A program made the translations under genes and the position numbers. Source: an uncultured Sphingomonas sp. (GTDB lineage Bacteria; Pseudomonadota; Alphaproteobacteria; Sphingomonadales; Sphingomonadaceae). Taken from it: 64,000 nucleotides of DNA. Position 1 is the stretch's first letter. Each line of letters opens with the position of its first letter. Location of the stretch: contig CAXTHQ010000010.1 in assembly GCA_964244185.1 (NCBI GenBank), forward strand, positions 1,884 to 65,883. Direction: 5' to 3'. Under the pieces are notes generated by a model that was not told where the DNA came from, ran no database searches, and saw nothing but the letters and a program-made list of their open reading frames with translations. Below are positions 8,017 to 17,068 of this stretch, piece after piece.

Positions 8017-9999
8017 CTACGACGGCCGCCGCCCGAGATACCAGCTCAGGTTGGCCGGCCCCCGCGACAACGCGCGATCGGGCCGCAGCAGGTCGTACAC
8101 CACCGCGTTCTCCAGCACGCGCTGGACGTAGTTGCGCGTCTCCTGGATCGGGATCGCCTCGACCCAGTCGACCATGTCGACGCCCCCCGCGCGCGGGTCC
8201 CCGTTCGCCCGCAGCCACTTGTTCACGTTGCCAGGCCCGGCATTGTACGCCGCGATCGCCAGCGGATAGCTGCCGAACTGGGCATAGATGCGCCGGAAAT
8301 AGCCCGAGCCGAGCACCATCGACAGATTGGGATCGGTGGTCAGCGCGGCGGGCTGATAGGTCAGCCCGTCCTTGCCCGCCTGCTCGCGTGCGGTGCCGGG
8401 CATGAGCTGCATCAGCCCGCGCGCGCCGGCGTGGCTGATCGCGGTGCGGTTGAACTGGCTCTCCTGCCGTGCGATCGCGTGGATGATTGTCCAGTCGCCC
8501 TCGTAGCCGACCGGCACTGTCACTGTCGGAAAGCCGGCGGCGGAATAATCGCTCAATCCGTTGATGAGCGCGCTGCGCCCGACCATCACGCCCAGATCGG
8601 GCCGCTGGAGCTGCCGCGCCAGGTCGGCGGCGAGCAGATGATCGGTGTCGCTCTTCGCATCGAGCGCGATCTGGCGGACGAAAGCGGTCTGGTCCTCGTA
8701 GGCGCCGATGTTGCCGAGCATCTGCGCGGCGCGCACGCATTCGCGCGAATTGAACGCCGCGCGCGTCAGCGCATCGACCATCGTCGGCGCGACCGGGGGC
8801 GGGGCGGCGAGGGGACGGCCGAGATGCTCGAGCGCGAGCTGGCCGTAATATTGATCGCGATAGCCCGCCGTCGCCGCCCACAGCTCGCCCGCGCGGGGAC
8901 TGCCCGCCGCATCGGCCGCGCGCGCGGCCCAGTAGAGGCCCTTCGACCTCGTCGACGGCGTCGGCGAGGCGTGCGCGTAGCGGTCGAACAGCGTCATCGC
9001 GTCCGCCGGCCGGCCGAGATGCTTCAGCGCCGCCTGCGCCGCCAGCCAGGCGAGGCTGGTGTAATCGTCGCGCTCGCCATAGCTCTGCTGCGCGACGTCG
9101 GTGCCGGGCGCGTAGGTGTCGGCGACCTGTCGCGCGATGTCATAGGCCTGCTGCCAATTGCCGTCCGCCGCCGCCCCGCGCGCCGCCGTCAGCAGCGTTT
9201 CGAGATATTTCTCCGGGTCGCCGGGCCGCGCGGTCAGCGTGCGCGGCTGCGCGAGCCAGCTCCGCGCGGTCGGCCACGCATCCGACTTGATGAGCCAGCT
9301 TGCCCGGTCGGCGACGTAGCCCGCGTCGGCGCCGAAACGGTCGGTGGTGGTCATCGCCAGCGTGGCGGCCTCGGGCGCATTGCTCCGTAGCGCGAGACGC
9401 GCCGCGAACAGCTCGCGCGCGGCCGGCGAAACATAGGCGAGCTGCCGCGCCGCCGCGCTCGTCTGCCCGGCCCAGAGCAGAGCGTCCATCCGCGCGTCCT
9501 GATCGTCGGGCGACAGCCGCGTGCCATAGCTCTGGAGGATCCAGCTTTCGTCGGCGGTCGCCAGCGCACCCCGCCGCCATGCCGCCCGCGCCGGCTCGGC
9601 CGCCTCCCCGGGGGCGCCCGTCGCCACCAGCGCGCGCGCGAACGCGACCCGGCCGCCCTGTGTCAGCGGCGGAAAGGCGCGGAAATAACGGACAGCGCTG
9701 CCCGGCTCGGCCACGCTGGCCTTCGCTTCCGCCGCCCGGCGCAGGTTCGCCTCGCCCGGCCAGCCGGGGTGGGCAAGCAGGAAGCCGGCATAGCTGTCGA
9801 AGGGCAATTGGCTGGTATCGCCGATCGCCTTCCACTGCGCATAGGCCGCGGCGATCGTCGCATCGGCGGGGGCAGGGGATTGCGGCGCCATGGCCTGGAG
9901 CTGCGCGCGATAGCGCTCCAGGTCGTCCTGCCGCCCGGCCGCGCCGATGCTCGCGAGCGCCGCCGCCATCAACCCCGTTCGCATTCCCCACCCGATCAT
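8017..9999 (-). CDS. Soluble lytic murein transglycosylase (Slt70-like)
   Basis: C-terminal SLT motifs IARQESQF, GARGLMQLMPGTA, AAYNAGPG, ETRNYV; start uncertain. Confidence 0.9.
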   Translation of the reverse strand: MIGWGMRTGLMAAALASIGAAGRQDDLERYRAQLQAMAPQSPAPADATIAAAYAQWKAIGDTSQLPFDSYAGFLLAHPGWPGEANLRRAAEAKASVAEPGSAVRYFRAFPPLTQGGRVAFARALVATGAPGEAAEPARAAWRRGALATADESWILQSYGTRLSPDDQDARMDALLWAGQTSAAARQLAYVSPAARELFAARLALRSNAPEAATLAMTTTDRFGADAGYVADRASWLIKSDAWPTARSWLAQPRTLTARPGDPEKYLETLLTAARGAAADGNWQQAYDIARQVADTYAPGTDVAQQSYGERDDYTSLAWLAAQAALKHLGRPADAMTLFDRYAHASPTPSTRSKGLYWAARAADAAGSPRAGELWAATAGYRDQYYGQLALEHLGRPLAAPPPVAPTMVDALTRAAFNSRECVRAAQMLGNIGAYEDQTAFVRQIALDAKSDTDHLLAADLARQLQRPDLGVMVGRSALINGLSDYSAAGFPTVTVPVGYEGDWTIIHAIARQESQFNRTAISHAGARGLMQLMPGTAREQAGKDGLTYQPAALTTDPNLSMVLGSGYFRRIYAQFGSYPLAIAAYNAGPGNVNKWLRANGDPRAGGVDMVDWVEAIPIQETRNYVQRVLENAVVYDLLRPDRALSRGPANLSWYLGRRPS

Positions 10000-10091
10000 A
10001 TGGACAGGATACCGCACCGACCCGTATCTGTCCTGAACAAAGTAGGTTGATCGGCGCTTTAGTGCGGTCGCTTCAGGAGTGCGGTTTGGCG

Positions 10092-10976
10092 ATGTTTTCC
10101 GGTTCGATTCCCGCGCTCGTCACTCCGTTCGCGCCCGACGGCCCGGTCGATGAGGCGGCATTTCGCGATTTGGTGGAATGGCAGATCGCCGAGGGCTCGG
10201 CGGCGCTGGTGGCGTGCGGCACGACGGGGGAGGCGGCAACCCTGCCCAAGGACGAGCATTTCCGCGTCGTACGCTGGTGCGTCGAGCAGGCGCGCGGGCG
10301 GGTGCCGGTGATCGCGGGGGCGGGCTCCAACGACACCCGCGTCGCCGCCGAGAACCTGCGCGCCTCGCACGAGGCCGGCGCGGACGCGGCGCTGATGGTC
10401 CCGCCTTATTACAACCGCCCGAGCCAGGAGGGCATCTACCGGCATTTCGCCGCGCTCGCAGCCGACGCGCCGCTGCCGATCATCCTCTACAACGTCCCCG
10501 GCCGCACCGTGACCGATATCCAGCCCGCCACCGTCGCGCGCATCGTCCGGGCGTTCCCGAGGGTCTTCGTCGGCATCAAGGACGCGACCGGCGCGCTCCA
10601 GCGCGTGTCCGAGCATCGCGCGAGCTGCGGGGCGGACTGGGTCCAGCTCTCGGGCAATGACGACCTCGCGCTGCCGTTCAACGTGCTGGGCGGGACAGGC
10701 TGCATCTCGGTGACCGCCAACGTGCTGCCGCGCCTGTGCGCCGACTTCCAGGCGGCCTGCGCGGCGGGCAATTATGCGGCGGCGCGCGATCTCCACGATC
10801 GACTCTTTCCGCTTCACACCGCACTCTTCACCGATGCCTCGCCGGCTCCGGTCAAATACGCCCTTACCCGCGTCCGCCCCGGCTTTCCCCCGGCGCTCAG
10901 GCTGCCCATGACCGAAGCCAACGAGGCAGCCCGCGCCGCGGTGGATGCGGCGCTTGAACGTGCCGGCCTAATTTGA
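10092..10976 (+). CDS. dapA: 4-hydroxy-tetrahydrodipicolinate synthase
   Basis: MFSGSIPALVTPF, GTTGE, PYYNRPSQEG, LYNVPGRT, GIKDATG. Confidence 0.95.
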   Translation: MFSGSIPALVTPFAPDGPVDEAAFRDLVEWQIAEGSAALVACGTTGEAATLPKDEHFRVVRWCVEQARGRVPVIAGAGSNDTRVAAENLRASHEAGADAALMVPPYYNRPSQEGIYRHFAALAADAPLPIILYNVPGRTVTDIQPATVARIVRAFPRVFVGIKDATGALQRVSEHRASCGADWVQLSGNDDLALPFNVLGGTGCISVTANVLPRLCADFQAACAAGNYAAARDLHDRLFPLHTALFTDASPAPVKYALTRVRPGFPPALRLPMTEANEAARAAVDAALERAGLI

Positions 10977-10988
10977 GCCGCTTTTCCT

Positions 10989-11017
10989 CGTCACCCCGGG
11001 CTTGACCCGGGGTAACG
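10989..11017. repeat. Single arm of a CGTCA-family element (hairpin)
   Basis: cgtcaccccgggcttgacccggggtaacg, just after dapA. Confidence 0.65.
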
Positions 11018-11019
11018 TG

Positions 11020-11334
11020 ATGCTGCTTCTGCTCCTTACGCAAGCCGTCGCCGGTCCGTTCCTCCCGGTGGCCCCGCGTCCCACGCCGGACCGGCCCTGT
11101 CCCGTCGCCACCGACACCGCCGATGTCGTCGTCTGCGGGCGCGCGAACGACCGCTTCCGCCTGCCCCGGTTGCCGGTGGCGGAGGACCGGCAGACCCTGC
11201 CCAAGGCCGCAACGCGCCTCGGTTCCGCCGTGCTGGCCGCCGAGGCGGAGCAGGCGACGCTCGCGGGCGGGGCGCAGAGCCAGCGGCTGATGATACGCCT
11301 CAAGACGCCGTTCGGTGGCAAGAAACGGCGCTGA
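11020..11334 (+). CDS. Small exported hypothetical protein
   Basis: Hydrophobic N-terminus, C...DVVVCG motif; fills the dapA-smpB gap. Confidence 0.65.
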   Translation: MLLLLLTQAVAGPFLPVAPRPTPDRPCPVATDTADVVVCGRANDRFRLPRLPVAEDRQTLPKAATRLGSAVLAAEAEQATLAGGAQSQRLMIRLKTPFGGKKRR

Positions 11335-11365
11335 CACGTCATCGTCAAGCGCCTACAGGCGCATC

Positions 11366-11848
11366 ATGGCCCGACCCAAACCCCCGACGTTCGACAAGCA
11401 GAAGGTCGTCGCCGAAAACCGCCGCGCGCGGTTCGAATACACCATCGACCAGGTGTTCGAGGCCGGGCTGGCCCTGACCGGCACCGAGGTGAAGTCGTTG
11501 CGCTTCGGCGAAGGGTCGATCGCGGAATCCTATGCCGACGTGCAGGACGGGGGTGTGTGGCTGATCAACGCCAACATCCCCGAGTTCAGCCACGGCAACC
11601 GCTACAACCACGAGGCGAAGCGCCCGCGCAAGCTGCTGCTGCATGAGCGGGAGATCAACAAGCTCCATGGGGCCGTGGCGCGCGAGGGCATGACGCTCGT
11701 GCCCTTGTGCGTCTATTTCAACGCGCGCGGCCGCGCCAAGGTCGAGTTGGCGCTCGCCAAGGGCCGCAAGGATCACGACAAGCGTGCGGCGATCAAGGAG
11801 CGCGAATGGAAACGCGACGCGGCGAGGATCATGCGTGACCGGGGCTGA
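11366..11848 (+). CDS. smpB: SsrA-binding protein
   Basis: [40 protein letters not shown]. Confidence 0.95.
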   Translation: MARPKPPTFDKQKVVAENRRARFEYTIDQVFEAGLALTGTEVKSLRFGEGSIAESYADVQDGGVWLINANIPEFSHGNRYNHEAKRPRKLLLHEREINKLHGAVAREGMTLVPLCVYFNARGRAKVELALAKGRKDHDKRAAIKEREWKRDAARIMRDRG

Positions 11849-12395
11849 CGCGGTGGGGCAGGGCGGCATGGTCGGCTGGCTCAAGGGCCATGTCCCGACC
11901 CGCGAGGGGATCGAGCGCAACCGCTTCCTGCGCCCCGTCGCGCATCGCGTGCTGGCGCCGTCGCTTTGGCGGTTCAACCGGCGCTCGGTGCCGCGCGGCG
12001 TCGCGCTGGGCGTACTGGCGGGAATATTATTCCCCTTCGCGCACATGCCGCTCGCCGCCGTGCTGGCGCTGCCCGCGCGCGCCAATGTGCCGGTCGCGGT
12101 CTCGACGACGCTGGTCAACAATCCCGTCACCTTCGGGCCGATCCTCTACGCCGCCTACAAGATCGGCCATTGGGTGCTCCAGCTCGACGCCACCGTGCCG
12201 GGCCGGCCGCTCGCGACCAACGTCCATGGCCATGCCGGACTGCTCCATTGGGTGGCGGCGGGCGGACCGCCGATCATCGTCGGCCTCATCATCCTTGCCT
12301 TGGTGATGGCGACGGCGGGCTATCTGCTGACGGGGTGGATATGGCGGCTCAGGATCGCGCGGAAATGGCGTAACCGGCGGGCACGTAAACCATAA
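11835..12395 (+). CDS. DUF2062 family membrane protein
   Basis: [31 protein letters not shown]; start uncertain (11835 or 11868). Confidence 0.8.
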   Translation: MTGADAVGQGGMVGWLKGHVPTREGIERNRFLRPVAHRVLAPSLWRFNRRSVPRGVALGVLAGILFPFAHMPLAAVLALPARANVPVAVSTTLVNNPVTFGPILYAAYKIGHWVLQLDATVPGRPLATNVHGHAGLLHWVAAGGPPIIVGLIILALVMATAGYLLTGWIWRLRIARKWRNRRARKP

Positions 12396-12396
12396 A

Positions 12397-12424
12397 TTGA
12401 CCCGGCGTTGCAGTCGGCTAGAAC
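12397..12424 (+). promoter_or_regulatory. Candidate housekeeping-sigma promoter of the M13 pair
   Basis: TTGACC-N14-GCTAGAAC, resembling the Caulobacter-type TTGAC...GCTANAWC consensus. Confidence 0.45.
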
Positions 12425-12457
12425 ACGCGGCGTCGATTCCCTTGCCGAGGTCCCCGA

Positions 12458-14500
12458 ATGCGTCAGCCGATTCTCGCCGCCCTTCTCCTCGCCTCCGTCT
12501 CCAGCCTGGCCGTCGGCCAGACGGCCGCGCCGTCAGGCGTGAAGCCGGCGGTCGCGGGCAAGCCGGCCTATGGCGATTTCGGCATCGACCTCGCCGGCAG
12601 AAATACGGCCGTCCAGCCCGGCGACGACTTCTTCGACTATGCCGATGGCGGCTGGGACAAGGCGACCCCGATCCCCGCCGACAAGCCCGGCTTCGGCATG
12701 TTCGACGTCCTCGACGACCTGTCGCGCGAGCGCACCCGCGGTATCCTGGAAGAGGCGGCGAAGCGGCCGGGCGACAAGATCGGCGACTTCTACGCCAGCT
12801 TCCTCGATCAGCCGGCGATCGAGGCGAAGGGGCTCGGTCCCGTCAAGCCCTGGCTTGATCGCATCGCGGCCGCGACCAGCAAGGAGCAGCTCGTCGCGAC
12901 CGGTGCGTTCCTGCAGCGTCAGGGCGTGGCCGGGCTGGTCGGGATCGGCGTCGACGCCGACGACAAGGATCCCGACACCTATGTTGCGGGCCTGCGCCAG
13001 GGCGGCATCGGCCTGCCCGACCGCGACTATTATCTTAAGGACGATGCCAAGCTCGCCAAGGTCCGCGAGGCCTATCAGGCGTATCTCGCGCAGATGCTGA
13101 CGCTGGCGGGGGAGAGCGACGGCGCGGCGCGCGCGGCGGCGGTCTTCGCGTTCGAGAAGGACCTGGCGCAGGTCCATTGGACCCGCGTCGAAAGCCGCGA
13201 CGCCGACAAGACCTATAACCGCTGGACCGCCGCCGAGTTCGTCGCGAAGGCGCCGGGCTTTCCCTGGGCGACGTGGATGGCCGAGCTCCATGTGCCGGCC
13301 CGGCCCTTCTATCTCGTCGCGCAGCCGAGTGCGCTGACCGGCGAGGCGGCGGTGTTCGCCCGCGCGCCGCTGCCGGTGCTCAAGGACTGGCTGCGGCTGC
13401 GCACGCTGCGCGCCTACGCCTCGTATCTGCCCCAGGCGGTCGACACGACCAACTTCGCCTTCTTCGGCACCGTGCTGTCGGGGACGCCGCAGCAGGAGGT
13501 GCGCTGGAAGCGCGGCGCGAGCCTCGTCACCCGCCAGATGGGGGAGGCGATCGGCCAGCAATATGTCGCGCGCTACTTCCCGGCGGAGAGCAAGGCCGCA
13601 GCCGACCAGCTCGTCAGGAACATCATCGCCGCGATGGGCGCGCGGCTCGACCAGCTCGAATGGATGGCGCCGGAGACGAAGGTGAAGGCCCACGCCAAGC
13701 TCGCCGCCTTCACGCCGAAGATCGGCTATCCCGACAAATGGCGCGACTATTCGGCACTAATGGTCCGGCGCGACGACCTGGTCGGCAATGTCGCGCGCGG
13801 CAACGAGTTCGAGTTCGAGCGTGGAGTGAAGAAGCTCGGGCAGCCGATGGATCGCGGCGAGTGGGGCATGACCCCCATGACCATCAACGCCTATGCCAAC
13901 CCGACCTGGAACGAGATCGTCTTTCCCGCCGCGATCCTGCAACCGCCGTTCTTCGACCCCCGCGCCGACCCGGCGGTCAATTACGGCGGCATCGGCGCGG
14001 TGATCGGGCACGAGCTCAGCCACCATTTCGACGATCAGGGGCGCAAGTACGATCCCACCGGCAAGCTCGCCGACTGGTGGACGCCGCGGGACGTCGAACA
14101 GTTCAAGGCGTTCACCGACAAGCTCGTCGCGCAATATGACGCCTATGAGCCGATCCCCGGCCAGCATATCCAGGGCGCGCTGACGCTGGGCGAGAACATC
14201 GCCGACCTCGCCGGACTGACAGTGGCGCTCGACGCCTATCACCGTTCGCTTGGCGGCAAGCCCGCGCCGGTGATCGGCGGCACGACCGGCGACCAGCGCT
14301 TCTATTACGGCTGGGCGCAGGTGTGGCGCGACAAGGCGCGGGAGGAGGCGCTACGCTCGCAGCTGCTGTCGGATCCGCATTCGCCGGGCCATCAGCGCGT
14401 GCTGACCGTCCGCAACCTCGATCCCTGGTATGCCGCGTTCGCGGTCAAGCCTGGACAGAAGATGTATCTCGCGCCGCAGCAGCGTGTCCGTATCTGGTGA
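12458..14500 (+). CDS. M13 family metalloendopeptidase (copy 1)
   Basis: Signal peptide; PGDDFF, GLPDRDYY, NAY, GHELSHHFD (HExxH), GENIAD. Confidence 0.95.
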   Translation: MRQPILAALLLASVSSLAVGQTAAPSGVKPAVAGKPAYGDFGIDLAGRNTAVQPGDDFFDYADGGWDKATPIPADKPGFGMFDVLDDLSRERTRGILEEAAKRPGDKIGDFYASFLDQPAIEAKGLGPVKPWLDRIAAATSKEQLVATGAFLQRQGVAGLVGIGVDADDKDPDTYVAGLRQGGIGLPDRDYYLKDDAKLAKVREAYQAYLAQMLTLAGESDGAARAAAVFAFEKDLAQVHWTRVESRDADKTYNRWTAAEFVAKAPGFPWATWMAELHVPARPFYLVAQPSALTGEAAVFARAPLPVLKDWLRLRTLRAYASYLPQAVDTTNFAFFGTVLSGTPQQEVRWKRGASLVTRQMGEAIGQQYVARYFPAESKAAADQLVRNIIAAMGARLDQLEWMAPETKVKAHAKLAAFTPKIGYPDKWRDYSALMVRRDDLVGNVARGNEFEFERGVKKLGQPMDRGEWGMTPMTINAYANPTWNEIVFPAAILQPPFFDPRADPAVNYGGIGAVIGHELSHHFDDQGRKYDPTGKLADWWTPRDVEQFKAFTDKLVAQYDAYEPIPGQHIQGALTLGENIADLAGLTVALDAYHRSLGGKPAPVIGGTTGDQRFYYGWAQVWRDKAREEALRSQLLSDPHSPGHQRVLTVRNLDPWYAAFAVKPGQKMYLAPQQRVRIW

Positions 14501-14539
14501 CGCTTCGGCGCGTCGCGTTCGATTGATTGGAGAAGACAC

Positions 14540-16570
14540 ATGAAGCGTATCGCCATCGGCGCCTTGCTCGCCGCCACCGCCGCCGTCGGGCTCCACGCCC
14601 AGATGGCGAGTCCGACCAGGCCCGCCGCCGCCGCCGCCGCCGGGCCGCAGATCGGCGCCTGGGGCTTCGACGAGGCGGGCGTGGACCCCGCCGTCGCACC
14701 AGGCGACGACTTCTACGGCTATGCCGGCGGCGCGTGGATGAAGGCGACCGCGATCCCCGCCGACAAGGGCAGCTACGGCGCGTTCGACACGCTTGCCGAC
14801 CTGTCCCGCACCCGCACGCGCGGTATTCTGGAAGCCGCGCGGGGGAGCAAGATCGGCAACGCTTACTCGACCTATCTCAACACCGCCGCGATCGACGCCA
14901 AGGGGCTTGCCCCCGCGAAGCCCTGGCTCGACAAGGTCAAGGGGCTGACCGACAAGGCGGGCTATGCCGCGTTGGTCGCCGAGGCCGACCGCAACGGTGT
15001 CGGCACCCCGTTCGGCGGCGGCGTCGGTCAGGACGCCAAGGATCCGACCACGTATATCGTCGGCTTCCGCCAGTCCGGGCTGGGCCTGCCCGACCGCGAC
15101 TATTACCTCTCGACCGACGCCAAGCTGGTCGAGGCCCGGACCGCATATCAGGCGCACATCGCCAGGATGTTCACGCTCGCCGGCGAGCCGAACGCCGAGG
15201 CGCGCGCCAAGGCGGTCGTCGATTTCGAGACGCAGATCGCGACCGTGAGCTGGACGCGCATCGACAGCCGCAACGCCGACAAGACCTACAACAAGATGAC
15301 CGTCGCCGACCTTCAGCGCGCCGCGCCGGGGTTCGATTTCGCCACCTATCTGAAGCTTAACGGCACCCCCGTCGACAGCGTCATCGTCGCGCAGCCGAGC
15401 GCGATCACCGGCATTGCCAGGCTGATCGCCGACGCGCCGATCGCGGTCCTCAAGGACCATATGTTGATCCGCTCGCTCGACAGCTACGCCGATGTGCTGC
15501 CCACCGCCTTCGACAAGGAGCAGTTCGCCTTCTTCGGCGGCGTTCTGCGCGGCGTGCCGCAGCAGGAGGAGCGCTGGAAGCGCGCGGTGAGCTGGACCTC
15601 GGGCGCGCTGTCGGATGACGTGTCGAAGGTCTATGTCGCGCAATATTTCCCGCCCGAGACCAAGGCGGCGATCGACCAGCTCGTCAAGAACGTCATCGCC
15701 GCGATGAACGCGCGGATCGAGAAGCTGACGTGGATGGAGCCGGCCACCAAGGCCAAGGCGCACGCCAAGCTCGCGGCCTTCACCCCCAAGCTCGGCTACC
15801 CGTCGCGCTGGCGCGATTATTCCAGCCTGACGATCACGCCGGGCGACGCGTTCGGCAACAACATCCGCGCCGCGCAATGGCGGCACGACTACAACATCTC
15901 GCACCTCGGCAAGCCGCTCCAGCGCTGGGAGTGGGGGATGACGCCGATGACGGTCAACGCCTACGCCAATTTCGGCATGGTCGAGATCGTCTTCCCCGCC
16001 GCGATCCTGCAACCGCCCTTCTTCGATCCCAAGGCCGACCCGGCGGTCAATTACGGTGGCATCGGCGCGGTGATCGGCCACGAGATGAGCCACCATTTCG
16101 ACGACCAGGGCGCGAAGTTCGATGCCCAGGGCAAGCTCGGCCAATGGTGGACCGATGCCGACGTCAAGAACTTCAACGCGCTCGAGGACAAGCTCGTCGC
16201 CCAATATGACGCGTACGAGCCGCTGCCGGGCTTCCACGTTAAGGGCCGGCTGACGTTGGGCGAGAACTCGGCGGATCTCGCCGGGCTGTCGGCCGCCTAT
16301 GATGCCTATCACGCCTCGCTCGGCGGCAAGCCCGCGCCGGTGATCGGCGGCAAGACCGGCGACCAGCGCTTCTACCTCGGCTGGTCGCAGGTCTGGCGGC
16401 GCAACTACCGCGAGGCGTCGCTGCGCCAGCAGTTGCTGACCGACCCGCATTCCCCGGCGCAGCAGCGTGGGAACATCGTGCGGAACATGGACCCCTGGTA
16501 CGCCGCGTTCGCGCCCAAGGCGGGGCAGAAGCTGTATCTGACCCCCGAGGAGCGGGTGCGGATCTGGTGA
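14540..16570 (+). CDS. M13 family metalloendopeptidase (copy 2)
   Basis: Paralog of the upstream gene; GHEMSHHFD, GENSAD. Confidence 0.95.
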   Translation: MKRIAIGALLAATAAVGLHAQMASPTRPAAAAAAGPQIGAWGFDEAGVDPAVAPGDDFYGYAGGAWMKATAIPADKGSYGAFDTLADLSRTRTRGILEAARGSKIGNAYSTYLNTAAIDAKGLAPAKPWLDKVKGLTDKAGYAALVAEADRNGVGTPFGGGVGQDAKDPTTYIVGFRQSGLGLPDRDYYLSTDAKLVEARTAYQAHIARMFTLAGEPNAEARAKAVVDFETQIATVSWTRIDSRNADKTYNKMTVADLQRAAPGFDFATYLKLNGTPVDSVIVAQPSAITGIARLIADAPIAVLKDHMLIRSLDSYADVLPTAFDKEQFAFFGGVLRGVPQQEERWKRAVSWTSGALSDDVSKVYVAQYFPPETKAAIDQLVKNVIAAMNARIEKLTWMEPATKAKAHAKLAAFTPKLGYPSRWRDYSSLTITPGDAFGNNIRAAQWRHDYNISHLGKPLQRWEWGMTPMTVNAYANFGMVEIVFPAAILQPPFFDPKADPAVNYGGIGAVIGHEMSHHFDDQGAKFDAQGKLGQWWTDADVKNFNALEDKLVAQYDAYEPLPGFHVKGRLTLGENSADLAGLSAAYDAYHASLGGKPAPVIGGKTGDQRFYLGWSQVWRRNYREASLRQQLLTDPHSPAQQRGNIVRNMDPWYAAFAPKAGQKLYLTPEERVRIW

Positions 16571-16578
16571 TATGGCAA

Positions 16579-17027
16579 CTTCCCTCTCCCCTTCAGGGGA
16601 GAGGGTGCCGAGCGAAGCGAAGGCGGGAGAGGGGCAGTGCGGGACCAGCGACTACTCGCGTTGGCTAAATGGATGCGCGGCGACCCCACGCCCGCCGAGG
16701 CCAGGCTCTGGTATCAACTCCGCGCCAAGCGTTTCGAGAGTTGGAAGTTCAAGCACCAGACGGTTCTCGCGCCCTATATCGCCGACTTCACCTGCCGCAG
16801 CGCTATGCTGCTGGTGGAAGTTGACGGCGACACGCACGGCATGACGGAGAATTATGACGTTGGCCGCACCGCATTCCTGAACAAACAAGGCTGGCGCGTC
16901 CTGCGCTTCACCAATGCCGATGTGATGGGAAACATCGAAGGCGTTTTGACCGTCCTTGCATCCGCACTGCCCCTCTCCCCACCTCGCTCGCGCTCGGCCA
17001 CCCTCTCCCCTGAAGGGGAGAGGGAAG
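16579..17027 (+). mobile_element. Putative autonomous palindromic element: ~65-bp inverted arms enclosing a DUF559 nuclease gene
   Basis: Left arm 16579-16642 cttccctctccccttcaggggagagggtg...gggagaggggcagtgcgg; right arm 16962-17027 is its near-exact reverse complement. Same arms occur at 20053-20188 and 24965-25023. Mobility is inferred. Confidence 0.7.
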
Positions 17028-17038
17028 AGCGTGCTTGA
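16637..17038 (+). CDS. DUF559 (Vsr-like / PD-(D/E)XK) endonuclease domain protein
   Basis: TPAEARLWYQLR, KFKHQ, YIADF, VEVDGDTH, D..R...L...GWRVLRFTN. Confidence 0.9.
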   Translation: MRDQRLLALAKWMRGDPTPAEARLWYQLRAKRFESWKFKHQTVLAPYIADFTCRSAMLLVEVDGDTHGMTENYDVGRTAFLNKQGWRVLRFTNADVMGNIEGVLTVLASALPLSPPRSRSATLSPEGEREERA

Positions 17039-17068
17039 CCGCCATTGCCCTTCGCCCGAAGCAATTCC

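Noticed and set aside
11366-11848. tmRNA (ssrA) or tRNA near smpB
   Set aside because: Flanks are fully coding and no tRNA-like acceptor or T-arm pattern was seen.
14351-16450. Long antisense/alternate-frame ORFs (e.g. 14351-16450, 16652-18721, 19588-22329, 27484-29451, 54961-57171)
   Set aside because: They shadow well-supported genes, have no recognisable motifs, and are expected from stop-codon scarcity in high-GC DNA.
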